A DNA stretch of 40,143 nucleotides from a virus (taxonomy: Duplodnaviria; Caudoviricetes), in the IMG/VR virus record IMGVR_UViG_3300020044_002851, positions 1-40,143 of that record. One strand, 5' to 3'. The notes beneath the pieces were generated by a model, which was not told where the DNA came from, did no database searches, and worked only from the letters and a program-made list of their open reading frames with translations. The translations under genes and the position numbers were made by a program. How positions within the stretch are numbered: position 1 is the first letter of the stretch; each line of letters begins with the position of its first letter. Below, piece after piece: positions 28,165 through 38,635 of the stretch.

Positions 28165-29202
28165 TTAGAATGTATGGAAGTAAATCTCTTCAGCGTTTGT
28201 ATAAGATGGTTGGAATTTGAAATCAACACGAACACCAATCTTACGAGATAAAGTAGTCTTCATGAAATCAACAATGTTGAATCCTAACTCTTCATCCATA
28301 AGGTCCATGATGTTAACCAGGTTATTCCAATAAGTAGCGATAATAACGTTGTCAGATGCACCATCAGCTCGGTAGATTGGTGTACCTTGGAAAGTTAAAG
28401 TAACATTCTCAATGTAGTACAATCCACTCGCTTTGTTATCTGCAACTGCATCAGCTAAAGCATCGTAAACATTTGTTGAACAAATATAAACGAAATCTTT
28501 TCTACGTCTTACTCCTTTAGGCAATACGTTACGAGCTTGCTTTAATTTAGCGATTACGTTTGCATCTGTGATAGCTGAAGCTACACCACCGTTACCAGCT
28601 GTTGGTACAAGAATGTTTAAATCAGCAGCCATTAACGTCTCCAATCCATCAACACCATTTGCAGCAATTGTTCCTGTAAATGTGATGATTTCCATTTGCT
28701 CAGTTAACTCCTCAGCTAATTTGTCAAAAAAGAAATTCATAAATGCGAAGTTCTGATTGAACTCGTTTGAACCTCTAGCTAATTGGTCAGATACAAATGA
28801 CTCTTCCAAAGAAGCAACACAAAAGATAGTTGAATACATCAAAGGCTTAACCTCGTATTCTTTTTGTGAAAGCTCTGTATTGTCAAAATCAGGATCACAA
28901 GAACCAGCTTTGATTGTAACACCAGTTACATCAACACCACCCAAGTTAACACGATCTTTAACTCCTAACAACTGACGGAACTTTGAACGAGTTTTCTCGT
29001 CTCCAATCATTGCTCTACGGAAATATTCAGTAGCGTTTGTTGTGTAATCTGCTGACGCATCTACAACCATTGCCATCTCAATAGCTTTACCTTCAGCTGT
29101 TGTTGGATCAAAAAACGCTTTCTTTGCGTTATTAAAATCTTCCTTAGAAAGATTAATTGTTTGTCCGTATAATTTTACCGACAATTTGTTTACTTTACTC
29201 AT
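28165..29202 (-). CDS. Major capsid protein
   Basis: 345 aa following the protease/scaffold gene; GSCDPDF...LSQKEYEV...IFCVASLE, ITDANVI. Confidence 0.8.
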   Translation of the reverse strand: MSKVNKLSVKLYGQTINLSKEDFNNAKKAFFDPTTAEGKAIEMAMVVDASADYTTNATEYFRRAMIGDEKTRSKFRQLLGVKDRVNLGGVDVTGVTIKAGSCDPDFDNTELSQKEYEVKPLMYSTIFCVASLEESFVSDQLARGSNEFNQNFAFMNFFFDKLAEELTEQMEIITFTGTIAANGVDGLETLMAADLNILVPTAGNGGVASAITDANVIAKLKQARNVLPKGVRRRKDFVYICSTNVYDALADAVADNKASGLYYIENVTLTFQGTPIYRADGASDNVIIATYWNNLVNIMDLMDEELGFNIVDFMKTTLSRKIGVRVDFKFQPSYTNAEEIYFHTF

Positions 29203-29203
29203 T

Positions 29204-30643
29204 TTATTTTTGGTTTTTAATTGTGTTTATACTGTCTGAAATCTTGCGCCACATTGGTCGATTATCTGACATTTCTACGGGAAGCTCCTCTAACAAAGGT
29301 GCTTCTAATTCACTTTTTAACTTTGCGATTTCACTCATCAAACTTTCTTGAGCTGCTTCTAGTTTTGCCAATCTGTCATCCTCAACAACTGGTGCAACTT
29401 CTTCTACAACCGCAGTTGGTGTTACGATTTCTTCGACTGGCACATCTGCCATTTCTTCAGGTGTTGCTGCTGCAACTTCTTCTACAATTGCTTCCTGTTC
29501 AGGTGTAACCTCTTTCTTTTCGATAACAACTCCATCTTTTACAACGTAGATTGTACCGTTAATTAAGTGTTCGCCATCAGGAAGTAAGATTTGTTCTTTC
29601 TCCATTTTTGATAGTTTAATTATTGATAAATTTATTAATGCCTCTATTGAGTATGCGTGTTTCTTATTTGCTTTGATTTCATTCTCCCAATAGCCCTTAT
29701 CAGTTACTTGTGATAAAACGAACAACGTTCCAAATGGTAATGCGCTTTGGTCGAATCCATATTGAGTGTATGCCTTATCTTCTGAGCTTTCTGAAATCCA
29801 TGAATCCAAAACATATGAAGGTGCTACACCGCCTTTATGCGTATCTTTGAATAAATCATCTTTCTCAAGTGTACCGTTTGATAATGCGATTTCGTGCATC
29901 TCTTTAATTGTCTCAGATGAAAAGCGCATATTGTATTGACCTATCTCATCGTCTCTGAATATATCTTTGTCCGGTACAAGCAAAGGAGCGCATACTTGCA
30001 TTAACTCATCCTTAGATAAGTAAGCGTTTAAAGTTGTTGCCATTCGGTCATCTAACCTAGCTACAACTTGCGGCACAAATCCAACTCGCCTAACCTCGTC
30101 ATCTTCGTAATCTTCAAAATATATTCTACGTTTCCATACGTGTCTACATCCATAAGAGCCTTTATAATCAAAGATTGAATAGTTACCAAATTCAGGATTT
30201 GATAAACCGTTAATGATTTCTTCTTCAGTATAAAGTCTACCTAGCGATAAAACTTCAGCGCAGAATGAACGTGTTTTATCATCATCAGGACCGCTATATT
30301 CATAACGAACAAGCCATTGACCTCCGCCACCTTTCTTCTGTAAATCGTTGTAACTTTCTGAATCTTCAATGCCTAAATTAATTTCACGCTTTGAAAGATA
30401 TTCTTCCTCCGTTACTTCAATCCAATGGCTAGGTTTAACTATTCCAACCGTTTTAAGGTATTCTAATATTTTAGATTGTACTAATTCATCAGCAACTATT
30501 CTTGGATCGTGTGCGTTAAGATATACACCAACCTCCTCAATCGCAGGATCGTTTACATAGGCTATATTCTTCCAACCGAAAGCTGGCATAGCACCCTCTC
30601 GAATTGGTTTTAACGTAACATAATAAGTCGCAATTTCTGACAT
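29204..30643 (-). CDS. Prohead protease (XkdF/S78-like) with MuF-like insertion and C-terminal scaffold
   Basis: IAYVNDPAIE...PLLVPDKDIFR...FSSETI...DSWI...LPFGT...YSIE; insert RSFC...YKGSYGCRHVW; LPDGEH followed by an acidic coiled coil. Confidence 0.75.
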   Translation of the reverse strand: MSEIATYYVTLKPIREGAMPAFGWKNIAYVNDPAIEEVGVYLNAHDPRIVADELVQSKILEYLKTVGIVKPSHWIEVTEEEYLSKREINLGIEDSESYNDLQKKGGGGQWLVRYEYSGPDDDKTRSFCAEVLSLGRLYTEEEIINGLSNPEFGNYSIFDYKGSYGCRHVWKRRIYFEDYEDDEVRRVGFVPQVVARLDDRMATTLNAYLSKDELMQVCAPLLVPDKDIFRDDEIGQYNMRFSSETIKEMHEIALSNGTLEKDDLFKDTHKGGVAPSYVLDSWISESSEDKAYTQYGFDQSALPFGTLFVLSQVTDKGYWENEIKANKKHAYSIEALINLSIIKLSKMEKEQILLPDGEHLINGTIYVVKDGVVIEKKEVTPEQEAIVEEVAAATPEEMADVPVEEIVTPTAVVEEVAPVVEDDRLAKLEAAQESLMSEIAKLKSELEAPLLEELPVEMSDNRPMWRKISDSINTIKNQK

Positions 30644-30665
30644 ACAACTATATATGTAGAAAAAA
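30644..30665 (-). promoter_or_regulatory. Putative late-gene motif (identical to 737..758)
   Basis: Invariant between the variants despite substitutions in the flanking sequence. Confidence 0.6.
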
Positions 30666-30666
30666 C

Positions 30667-31383
30667 TTATTTGTTCGATTTTATATAAGATAATTGATTA
30701 AATGCTAGGTATAAATTTTGGTCTAGCACCTGATTAAATTTTGTAATATCGAAATCAGAAAGCATATTTAAAACAACCATCCACTGGTTATCTCCTTGCT
30801 TTGCCCTTGTTTTCATTTCTAATTCAAACTCAGCTTTCTCCTCTTCGTTTAATTCTTCAACTTTCACATCAGCGTATGGATCAGAAAATAATTCATAGGA
30901 GTTAAAAAAAGTTTCTCTGAATTTATTGTACTTTTTACAAGCTCCTAAAATCTGATTGATTGGCAGCTCATCAATTAACTGACTTCGATAGTCTACGTTA
31001 ACATTCTTATAATCTTCTGTAACTACATCGTACATACATCCGCCACTTTCAGCTAAGTAAATTGTCGCAGCTATATGTGAAATGTTTTGAGTAAATCCTT
31101 TTGAAACGTAATCTTCTAAATTAATAAATTGTCGAAGCGTTAACGTGCTGAATGATTGTAACTTTAAAGTTACATTGTCAATCGTTATATTCTCTGAATG
31201 CCTATCTGATATTTTTACTTTTGTTTGAGCAAGTGAATAGGCATTTACTAATTTATTAACCCTCCATTCTTGAACGTCTAACGGATCTAAATCATCAACA
31301 ATCGAAACAAGGTGTATCATCTTATCAAATACACCCTCTAAGGTTTCGGAGTTTATTTCTTTATACTGTCTTGTCAGCAGCAT
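30667..31383 (-). CDS. Phage protein, possible tail assembly chaperone (238 aa), variant B
   Basis: Homolog of 760..1476. Confidence 0.5.
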   Translation of the reverse strand: MLLTRQYKEINSETLEGVFDKMIHLVSIVDDLDPLDVQEWRVNKLVNAYSLAQTKVKISDRHSENITIDNVTLKLQSFSTLTLRQFINLEDYVSKGFTQNISHIAATIYLAESGGCMYDVVTEDYKNVNVDYRSQLIDELPINQILGACKKYNKFRETFFNSYELFSDPYADVKVEELNEEEKAEFELEMKTRAKQGDNQWMVVLNMLSDFDITKFNQVLDQNLYLAFNQLSYIKSNK

Positions 31384-31927
31384 CTATAAGCATCTGTACG
31401 TGTTCAACGTATTGTTTAGACAAATCAAATATAACAGGACTTGCAATATCAGCTGTTACAAAGTCACCAAATAGATTTGCTTTGTGATCAATATGCGCAT
31501 CCGTATAGTGTTCTGTCTTGGTTAGCTGAGTATCTTTGTAAACAACTGCAAATGCTTTGTTTCCCCATGCTCCACCTTTACGGGCTAGGTTTTCTATTTT
31601 AGCAATATCCTGAGCTGATAGGTACAACTTACCATCTTCTAACTCGCAAGTATATTCTCTACCGTTCACCTCAAATGTAGGTTGTATTTCATTCTTAACC
31701 TCAGTAATTTGAACAGATTGGATAGCCTCGCCAAATAGTTTTAACGGAATAACCTCTACTAATTCTTTACTGCCAAGAATAGCCAATACCTCAAGCCATC
31801 TTTCTGTGTGGTCTTTGTCGCCTTCCTTTTCTAGTATAGCACTAATCTTAGCTAGTTCATTAAGCGTAACCTCACTCCCAAGGTTACGCAGTTGGTAATC
31901 ATTACCTTTTATTTTAAATTCTTTCAT
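31361..31927 (-). CDS. Phage protein, possible tail assembly chaperone (188 aa), variant B
   Basis: Homolog of 1454..2020. Confidence 0.5.
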   Translation of the reverse strand: MKEFKIKGNDYQLRNLGSEVTLNELAKISAILEKEGDKDHTERWLEVLAILGSKELVEVIPLKLFGEAIQSVQITEVKNEIQPTFEVNGREYTCELEDGKLYLSAQDIAKIENLARKGGAWGNKAFAVVYKDTQLTKTEHYTDAHIDHKANLFGDFVTADIASPVIFDLSKQYVEHVQMLIDAADKTV

Positions 31928-33867
31928 TATGCTAAAGTAACTTTATTATTCATCATTTGCAACTCATTACCCTTATTTTGTATATCGTGGTAATCTACTA
32001 CCATCACTTTCTCACGCTTTGAATTGCTTTGAGCTGTTTGTGCTTGTGAATTATTCAAGTTCATTTGTGGTGTTTGTGAGCCTTGTTGCATTCCACCCAT
32101 TGAAGGAGTTTGAGCCGATGTGCTACCACCACCTCCACCACCTGATGCACCACCACCCGAAGCTCCACCACCTGATGCAATAGTTTTAGCACTATTCAAT
32201 CCTGTTGCTGCTATCGTTGCAATTGCTAAACCTGCTCTAATCTTTGTAAATATATTTGACTTTAATAATTGAGCCGCTCCAGCCGCTCCACCCGTTACTG
32301 CATTTAATGGATTCAAAGCCGCTGCCGCTGCATTTGCTGACATCTCTTTAGCTGCATTAATAACAACATTCGCAATAGCCGCTCCTTTCTCAATTGCTAG
32401 TGCTGTAATCTGTAACGCTTTACTTTTACCTGCAACCGCACCTAGTAACTCAACCGTACCTTGTGCGATTCCTAACATCGCAGTTTGCATATTTTCACGT
32501 GCTGCAATTTCTGCTGCTGCTAAATCTTGTGAAACTTTTAACGATTCATCTGCCCACGCTTTCTTATCTTCAAGAAGTTTTTTAGCAAATGCATCAGCTT
32601 CTAATATTCTATTTTCTTCTGCTAATTTATCCGCTGCTGCTTTCTCATCATTATATTTTTTATCAATGGCAAGTTCATTTGCTATTGATTGTTGCTTAAG
32701 ATTAAAAGCTAATTTATCTTTTTCTGTTTGTAACAGCTTTTCATTTGCTAAAGTGTCAGCAATTAAACGCTCGTATTTAATTCGATTAGCTTCTTGTTCT
32801 TTAAATTGACCTTCCGCTAATAATTCAAATTCAGCATCTTGAATAGCTCTACTCGCTGCCAATCTGTCCGCTTTATCTTGCTTTGCTGCTGCCTTTCTTT
32901 TGTCTGCTGCTGCTTTATTATCTGCCGCTTGTGTTTCGTTTTTCTTCTTGTTATCTGCTACCTCAGTCGCATTGATTACTTGAACTTCTTGCTTAGCTTC
33001 GTGAATACCTGTTTTTAAATCTGTTATTGCCTTGCGTATCTCGTCTGCTTTCTCCTTCGTTAAATCACCCGCTGCTTTTAGTTGTTCCATTTGAACTCGT
33101 AACGCTTCGATTTGTTTTTTAGACGTTTCAATAATAGCGTACTGTTTTTGTCGCTCCATTTCCACAACCGATTCACCCGCTATTCCCGCCAACTTAATCT
33201 CATGGTCGTAACTATCAACAACTTTATTTCGTTTAGCCTCGTAACTTGCTGCAACTTTTTCTTGTGCTGCCGCTTGTTTACGTGCGCTTTCTTCCGCTGC
33301 ATAATCAGTTAATCCAATCCAATCCAAGAAGTCTTTAAGCTGTTGAATAACCCATCCAATCGCATCACCAACCGCTTTAAAAATTATCTTTAATATTCCT
33401 AATTCATCTAGTAAAGCAATAACCGCTGCAATAATAGCACCAACCACCGCAACGATTAAGAACAAAGGATTTGTTAAGATTGTTTTACCAATAGAAACGA
33501 AAGCCGATCCCATTTGTTTAAGTGAGCCTATCGCATCTTTAAACGTGATTGACTTAGAAGTTTGAGCAAACAACTTAGCACCATTGGTTACCCGGTCAAA
33601 GTCCATGTCTCTTAAACCCGCTCCGATTTCACCTAATGAATTACTGACTTGTTCGTACTTGGAACCCGTAGCGAATACCGCAACTTGCTCATTCACTTCA
33701 GCCATTCTGTCTTTGAGTGCAGCGGCTTTTTGATTGAGTGCATCGAACTGAGCCGAGCCTAAGTCGGTTTGTTGAAGTTGTTGGATTGTTTCCCTTAACT
33801 CAGCCTTTAAACTTTTAACTGGTCTATCGTCAACCTCTACATTTATTTTAATTGTGTTATCTGCCAT
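31927..33867 (-). CDS. Tail tape measure protein, variant B
   Basis: Homolog of 2020..3948 with a different C-terminal segment. Confidence 0.85.
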   Translation of the reverse strand: MADNTIKINVEVDDRPVKSLKAELRETIQQLQQTDLGSAQFDALNQKAAALKDRMAEVNEQVAVFATGSKYEQVSNSLGEIGAGLRDMDFDRVTNGAKLFAQTSKSITFKDAIGSLKQMGSAFVSIGKTILTNPLFLIVAVVGAIIAAVIALLDELGILKIIFKAVGDAIGWVIQQLKDFLDWIGLTDYAAEESARKQAAAQEKVAASYEAKRNKVVDSYDHEIKLAGIAGESVVEMERQKQYAIIETSKKQIEALRVQMEQLKAAGDLTKEKADEIRKAITDLKTGIHEAKQEVQVINATEVADNKKKNETQAADNKAAADKRKAAAKQDKADRLAASRAIQDAEFELLAEGQFKEQEANRIKYERLIADTLANEKLLQTEKDKLAFNLKQQSIANELAIDKKYNDEKAAADKLAEENRILEADAFAKKLLEDKKAWADESLKVSQDLAAAEIAARENMQTAMLGIAQGTVELLGAVAGKSKALQITALAIEKGAAIANVVINAAKEMSANAAAAALNPLNAVTGGAAGAAQLLKSNIFTKIRAGLAIATIAATGLNSAKTIASGGGASGGGASGGGGGGSTSAQTPSMGGMQQGSQTPQMNLNNSQAQTAQSNSKREKVMVVDYHDIQNKGNELQMMNNKVTLA

Positions 33868-33870
33868 GTC

Positions 33871-36792
33871 TTATATTATTATCCAATCTGTTGCGTCTGA
33901 AATAACTGTTATGCTTTGATTTGGAGTTAGTGTTTGTGTTACGATTCCATCAATTAAATTAGGACTTGTTACGCTTATATTCCCAGCACTTGTATTTTTA
34001 ACTGTATATCTTTTACCGCCTTTAGTCTTAAATAAAGTTGAATCTAAAAGTGTAATTGTTGTCGCTGATGTATCTTCTATTACTATTTCATCTTCTAATT
34101 TCACCGTATAATTTCCACTCACAGCTCTTAACGCAATACCTTCGCTAATTACACCACCTACATAAACACCGCTTCGACTTGGAGTTGTTTGGTCACCTAT
34201 TACCTTAGTTCCGTTTAATCCAACAGGAACGTTATTAATCGAACCCATTATTTGAACGTCACTAGCCCTGACAGTATTCACATCACCTTGTATTTTGATG
34301 CGCTCACCTATTGCTAGGTTATACTTGCCATTTATTAAAATATCATTGCCTAGTCTTATATTAGTGTCGCTATCCACCGTATTAAAGTGTTTATTAACTA
34401 CACCACTAAACGAAACAGTTGTACCTCCAAACGGTCTAAATGGTCGCTTATATTTTAGTTTTAACTTTTCATCTGCTGTAATTAAATCTACTTTAGTAAT
34501 TGTTCTTTTGCCACTATTATAACCGTATATCTTTGATACAAAAAACCATCCGTTATCCTTAATAAATATCTTCCAATCTAAGGTCTTTGATAGCTTCTGA
34601 AAATCCGCCTCAGTTAAATTAAAATAACCAGTTAAGCGTTTACCTTCATTGATTGTTGTAAGCTCTTGTTGGTGGTGTAAGTTGTATAAATAGTTAGTTG
34701 TTTGACCTTGCTGAAATGAATGAAATAATATGTTTGGCGAATCGTAACAGATACTAAAGTTAGGAATCAAATCATTGTCAAACATTGACGTATTATTATA
34801 GTCAGTTACCTGAGCAACTTGCAAAGGATTTGGAAGCAAGTCATCATAGAATGGATATTGCGATACTGTACCAACTCCATTGTGTAAAAGCACACGAATG
34901 TTACAATCAGGATTAACGCCATTGATTGAAGGTAAAGGAATATTTATTCCACTCCCTACGCTCGGAGTTGGTGAATACATTATCTCACGCTTATCCGTTC
35001 CGACTGTGTACTCATTGTCTAGTATCAATGTTGACTGTCCATAAGTCTCAACAAATTCAGCTTGATAGGCTGCGTTTAATTCGTCCTTATCATCTTTATA
35101 TTTGTACTCCTGGCGTTGCTTTACATCGTTGTTTAGAAACGTGATACTGTTCGGTTGTTTCTCGTCAAACTTCTCGGTCCAATCCCATTCTAAACCATCG
35201 TTATAATATTTATCTCTAGTCTTAATAATAATATTCGTTTCATTATCAGGGTCAGGTGTGAATAGTAAATTATAGCTTTTTGACACCGCAGAAATTAGAT
35301 CTCTTTGCTTAATTTTCTTTGGAATGAATTGACTCACATCTACATTTGTCCCGTTAATCAATTCAGTTATATCTGGTATTGCTCGGAATTGTAGATTAGT
35401 AATATCTATATCAAATTCTAATCGTACCGGAAAGCCTGATGAAGTATCTAAAAACTCAACCAATCCACCTGACAAAGTATCAACACTCAATGAACTCATC
35501 AATGTATATTCAGGTGTATTCCCAACTTGTACACCTGTTGATGTGAAGTATCTACCAAAGATTAAAGCGTGAACGTCAAATTTTTCGTTGGCATCAAATA
35601 TACCTAGGTTAGCAAATGAAGCGTTATTTCCACTTGCTAAAGGTTGCCACCCCGCACCGTAAGACGTTGTGCCACTACCGAATGAAATAGCTGTTTGACC
35701 AGCATCAATAAACGCAACCTTGTTAACATTCGTTGTTGACTGAGCAACTAAACAAATTTTAATATCGCATCTATTCAAGCCACTCCCTAAACCACCAAAC
35801 GCATTCCAACTAGCTCCACCTTGCGCTCGTACTTGAATGTTATAATCATAGTTAGTTAAGATCTGAAAGTTTCGACCTTGACCGCTTAAGTTAGTCAAGT
35901 CATTATTAACTGTTGACCATTGACCTTGTGCATCTTCAAAGATATCTGATAAGTCTATTTTAGAGTTAGCAGCTGCAGCATAGTTGTTTACACTTGCAGC
36001 ACTCAAATAGTCCAACATCGGAAGCCATCCAATAGGATAAGTTGGATTACTTGTATTATCTATAATGTAGTTAGCCGAAGCCATCTCACCACGTACCGAG
36101 TATGCTTGTTTTAAGAAAGCTCCTATCGTATCATCCCCTTGTTTACCATTGAAAGGAATAATACGCTTATCCATTTGAATCGTCTCTTCGTTGTATTCAT
36201 CAAAGGTAAAAGTGTATCCATTTGTAGCGAATATCTTTTTAAAGTATTCCCATTCATAGATCGCTGGCTTGAAATCTCTGAGCGTGTAAATATTGTCGCT
36301 CTTTGCGTATTGTGGATATGTGTAACCGCTTGTATTGGACCAACTAGCTATTATATTAGCTCGATTAAAAACATGGCTTAACTCAGGGAATGATAACTCA
36401 GTAAGTTCCTTATCACCCATCTCATTGAAGAAATTACTTACTTCATCAAATACGTTAATCTTATATTTTACTAGCTTGTGATTAGTTCCACGAACTCGAT
36501 TAACTCGAATGACCTCCATTAACTGAATAAACCCCTCAAACACCTCAACACCGTTTTGTATAACAGATGCTATTGTTTTTTTATTACGGTTAAACGTATC
36601 ATTGCTTAAATCAATATCGAATAACGCACCTAAAATAGCGGTGTTGTTTTCTGTACCATCAACTTCAAGTGATCGTGAAGCTCCACCCGTTCTTGCGCCT
36701 GATTTAGTTATTTCAGCAAAGGATAAATCAATAGGGAAATCCGTTCCGATTGGTAAATCAATAAAGCCCGTTTCAAGTTGTATTCTAGTCAT
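33871..36792 (-). CDS. Large tail tip/baseplate hub-like protein (973 aa), variant B
   Basis: Homolog of 3952..6876. Confidence 0.65.
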   Translation of the reverse strand: MTRIQLETGFIDLPIGTDFPIDLSFAEITKSGARTGGASRSLEVDGTENNTAILGALFDIDLSNDTFNRNKKTIASVIQNGVEVFEGFIQLMEVIRVNRVRGTNHKLVKYKINVFDEVSNFFNEMGDKELTELSFPELSHVFNRANIIASWSNTSGYTYPQYAKSDNIYTLRDFKPAIYEWEYFKKIFATNGYTFTFDEYNEETIQMDKRIIPFNGKQGDDTIGAFLKQAYSVRGEMASANYIIDNTSNPTYPIGWLPMLDYLSAASVNNYAAAANSKIDLSDIFEDAQGQWSTVNNDLTNLSGQGRNFQILTNYDYNIQVRAQGGASWNAFGGLGSGLNRCDIKICLVAQSTTNVNKVAFIDAGQTAISFGSGTTSYGAGWQPLASGNNASFANLGIFDANEKFDVHALIFGRYFTSTGVQVGNTPEYTLMSSLSVDTLSGGLVEFLDTSSGFPVRLEFDIDITNLQFRAIPDITELINGTNVDVSQFIPKKIKQRDLISAVSKSYNLLFTPDPDNETNIIIKTRDKYYNDGLEWDWTEKFDEKQPNSITFLNNDVKQRQEYKYKDDKDELNAAYQAEFVETYGQSTLILDNEYTVGTDKREIMYSPTPSVGSGINIPLPSINGVNPDCNIRVLLHNGVGTVSQYPFYDDLLPNPLQVAQVTDYNNTSMFDNDLIPNFSICYDSPNILFHSFQQGQTTNYLYNLHHQQELTTINEGKRLTGYFNLTEADFQKLSKTLDWKIFIKDNGWFFVSKIYGYNSGKRTITKVDLITADEKLKLKYKRPFRPFGGTTVSFSGVVNKHFNTVDSDTNIRLGNDILINGKYNLAIGERIKIQGDVNTVRASDVQIMGSINNVPVGLNGTKVIGDQTTPSRSGVYVGGVISEGIALRAVSGNYTVKLEDEIVIEDTSATTITLLDSTLFKTKGGKRYTVKNTSAGNISVTSPNLIDGIVTQTLTPNQSITVISDATDWIII

Positions 36793-38279
36793 TATCCGTT
36801 AATTTCGTCTTGTACAGCCATGGTGAATACTAGGTTAACTTTTCTATCTCTAGTTGTTCTTTTCAAGTGTAAAGGCATTGATGCGCTTGTTATCTTAATA
36901 GACTGGAATTCGCCACCATCAATACTTACAAATGCCTGAGGTGAAGATAGTAATTCTCGCATAAACTGACACTCATTCTGAGATAAAATACCAGTATTAA
37001 CTGTATAGCTTATCGTTTCTTCAACATGATAAGTTTCGTCTCCGTTATCTGTTGCGTTATAAGTCCAAGTATCATCTTTTAATCTACCATATTTCTTTCT
37101 AATATCGTCACGTTGTACAGCTTGATTCATGTAACTACCTTTGTAAAATGGAATAGTTACCCATGACCCTAAACGATCAAGAAAGCAAACATCGTAAGTT
37201 GTATGCTCGTCACATTCGTTGTATAGAGTAATTGTTTTCTCTTCTGACTTAACAACACCCGTATTCGTTTCTATTTGTACCGTATAGCTTGTTACGTTCG
37301 TCAAATCAATCGTTCCAGCAAATGCAATCCATGAACCGCTGAATACTTGTGTGATTGTATCTGTACTTGGTAGCGCATCGAATAATATAATATTCTCAGC
37401 CATTCCCGCTAAACCATATCTGTAAAGCGTTCCTGCGATATTAAACACTACATAATGAGTAGCTGAATTATCTAGGTAACAACTTATCCATGTTGACTTT
37501 TGGCGACTTATTCTTATATCCTCTGTGATAGTTGTTAAGAATAACTTTGTAACACCATCACAAATATATTGCGTGTGGTCATAGTCTTTGAATGTAAGGA
37601 ATCCAAACGCTCCTTTATAGGCTTTTTGTATATCAGTTGTGATTCCGCTTACCGTAGTTTTCTGTCCATCTGCAAATGAAGATACACCAGCACTTACTCC
37701 ACCCGAACCAATCCAACCCAAATCCAAAACAGTATAGTAAACACCAGCCGAAAGGAATACATCTAGCACCGTATGAATACCATCTAACTCAGGTCGAAAG
37801 TTTACGCTCGGTGTTTGAGCCACTAGAATAATATCACCAGCTAAATAGATTGGAGCTGTTGCCTGAGCTAACATTGTTCGACTAAATCCGTTTGGATTGA
37901 CTGAAGGATTTGAGAAGTTTGCCCAAGTTGATGCACCAGCGAAACCGTAATCGGTAAACGCTAAACTAACATAGTAACTCTCATCTACTGTAACTGTATA
38001 ACTTACTTGGTGACCATCTGCAATATACTGACTTGAAAACGATCTAAAGTCATTATACAATTGTGTTTGAACTAATTTAGCTATATCAATTTCACCATAC
38101 AAAGTATTAGGAATAGGCTTGAGCTTATACGTTCCAATCACCTCAGAAGTTGTGGTATTGGTAACTGTTATAATGTATCTGAATCCTAACTGACTGCTCA
38201 CCGTACTATCAAAATAAAAGTACATTGGATTGTAAGAAGGTGTTAAAAATTGTGGTGTTGCTAGTGTTGTTATTGCCAT
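36792..38279 (-). CDS. Tail structural protein, distal-tail-like (495 aa), variant B
   Basis: Homolog of 6876..8369. Confidence 0.55.
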   Translation of the reverse strand: MAITTLATPQFLTPSYNPMYFYFDSTVSSQLGFRYIITVTNTTTSEVIGTYKLKPIPNTLYGEIDIAKLVQTQLYNDFRSFSSQYIADGHQVSYTVTVDESYYVSLAFTDYGFAGASTWANFSNPSVNPNGFSRTMLAQATAPIYLAGDIILVAQTPSVNFRPELDGIHTVLDVFLSAGVYYTVLDLGWIGSGGVSAGVSSFADGQKTTVSGITTDIQKAYKGAFGFLTFKDYDHTQYICDGVTKLFLTTITEDIRISRQKSTWISCYLDNSATHYVVFNIAGTLYRYGLAGMAENIILFDALPSTDTITQVFSGSWIAFAGTIDLTNVTSYTVQIETNTGVVKSEEKTITLYNECDEHTTYDVCFLDRLGSWVTIPFYKGSYMNQAVQRDDIRKKYGRLKDDTWTYNATDNGDETYHVEETISYTVNTGILSQNECQFMRELLSSPQAFVSIDGGEFQSIKITSASMPLHLKRTTRDRKVNLVFTMAVQDEING

Positions 38280-38635
38280 TATCTAAACATTTGGTCTATT
38301 TGATATTCCATGCTAATTGCTGCTATCTTTTCTATTTGGTCTAATACTTTCTCACGCTTCATAAATGCCTTGGTTAAATCACGTTTAACTTTGCCTCCCT
38401 TCCATTTTCTACTATACCCCTCATCAACATAGATGTAATAAAACGCCCTATTTCCATCTATCTCTAGTTGAATGTCATTACTCATTACATCCCATTTCAC
38501 TCTAACAACTCTAGTTACGTTCTTCATTAAACCAGTATCAACAGCGTGCTGTCTAATGATTTCTTTTTTAATCTCAGTATTGAATACTCTAGTTGCTGTA
38601 CCTATTCGCCTCCATACATCATTCTGAGTTGCCAT
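38279..38635 (-). CDS. HK97 gp10-like neck/tail-completion protein, variant B
   Basis: Differs from 8369..8725 by one amino acid. Confidence 0.55.
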   Translation of the reverse strand: MATQNDVWRRIGTATRVFNTEIKKEIIRQHAVDTGLMKNVTRVVRVKWDVMSNDIQLEIDGNRAFYYIYVDEGYSRKWKGGKVKRDLTKAFMKREKVLDQIEKIAAISMEYQIDQMFR

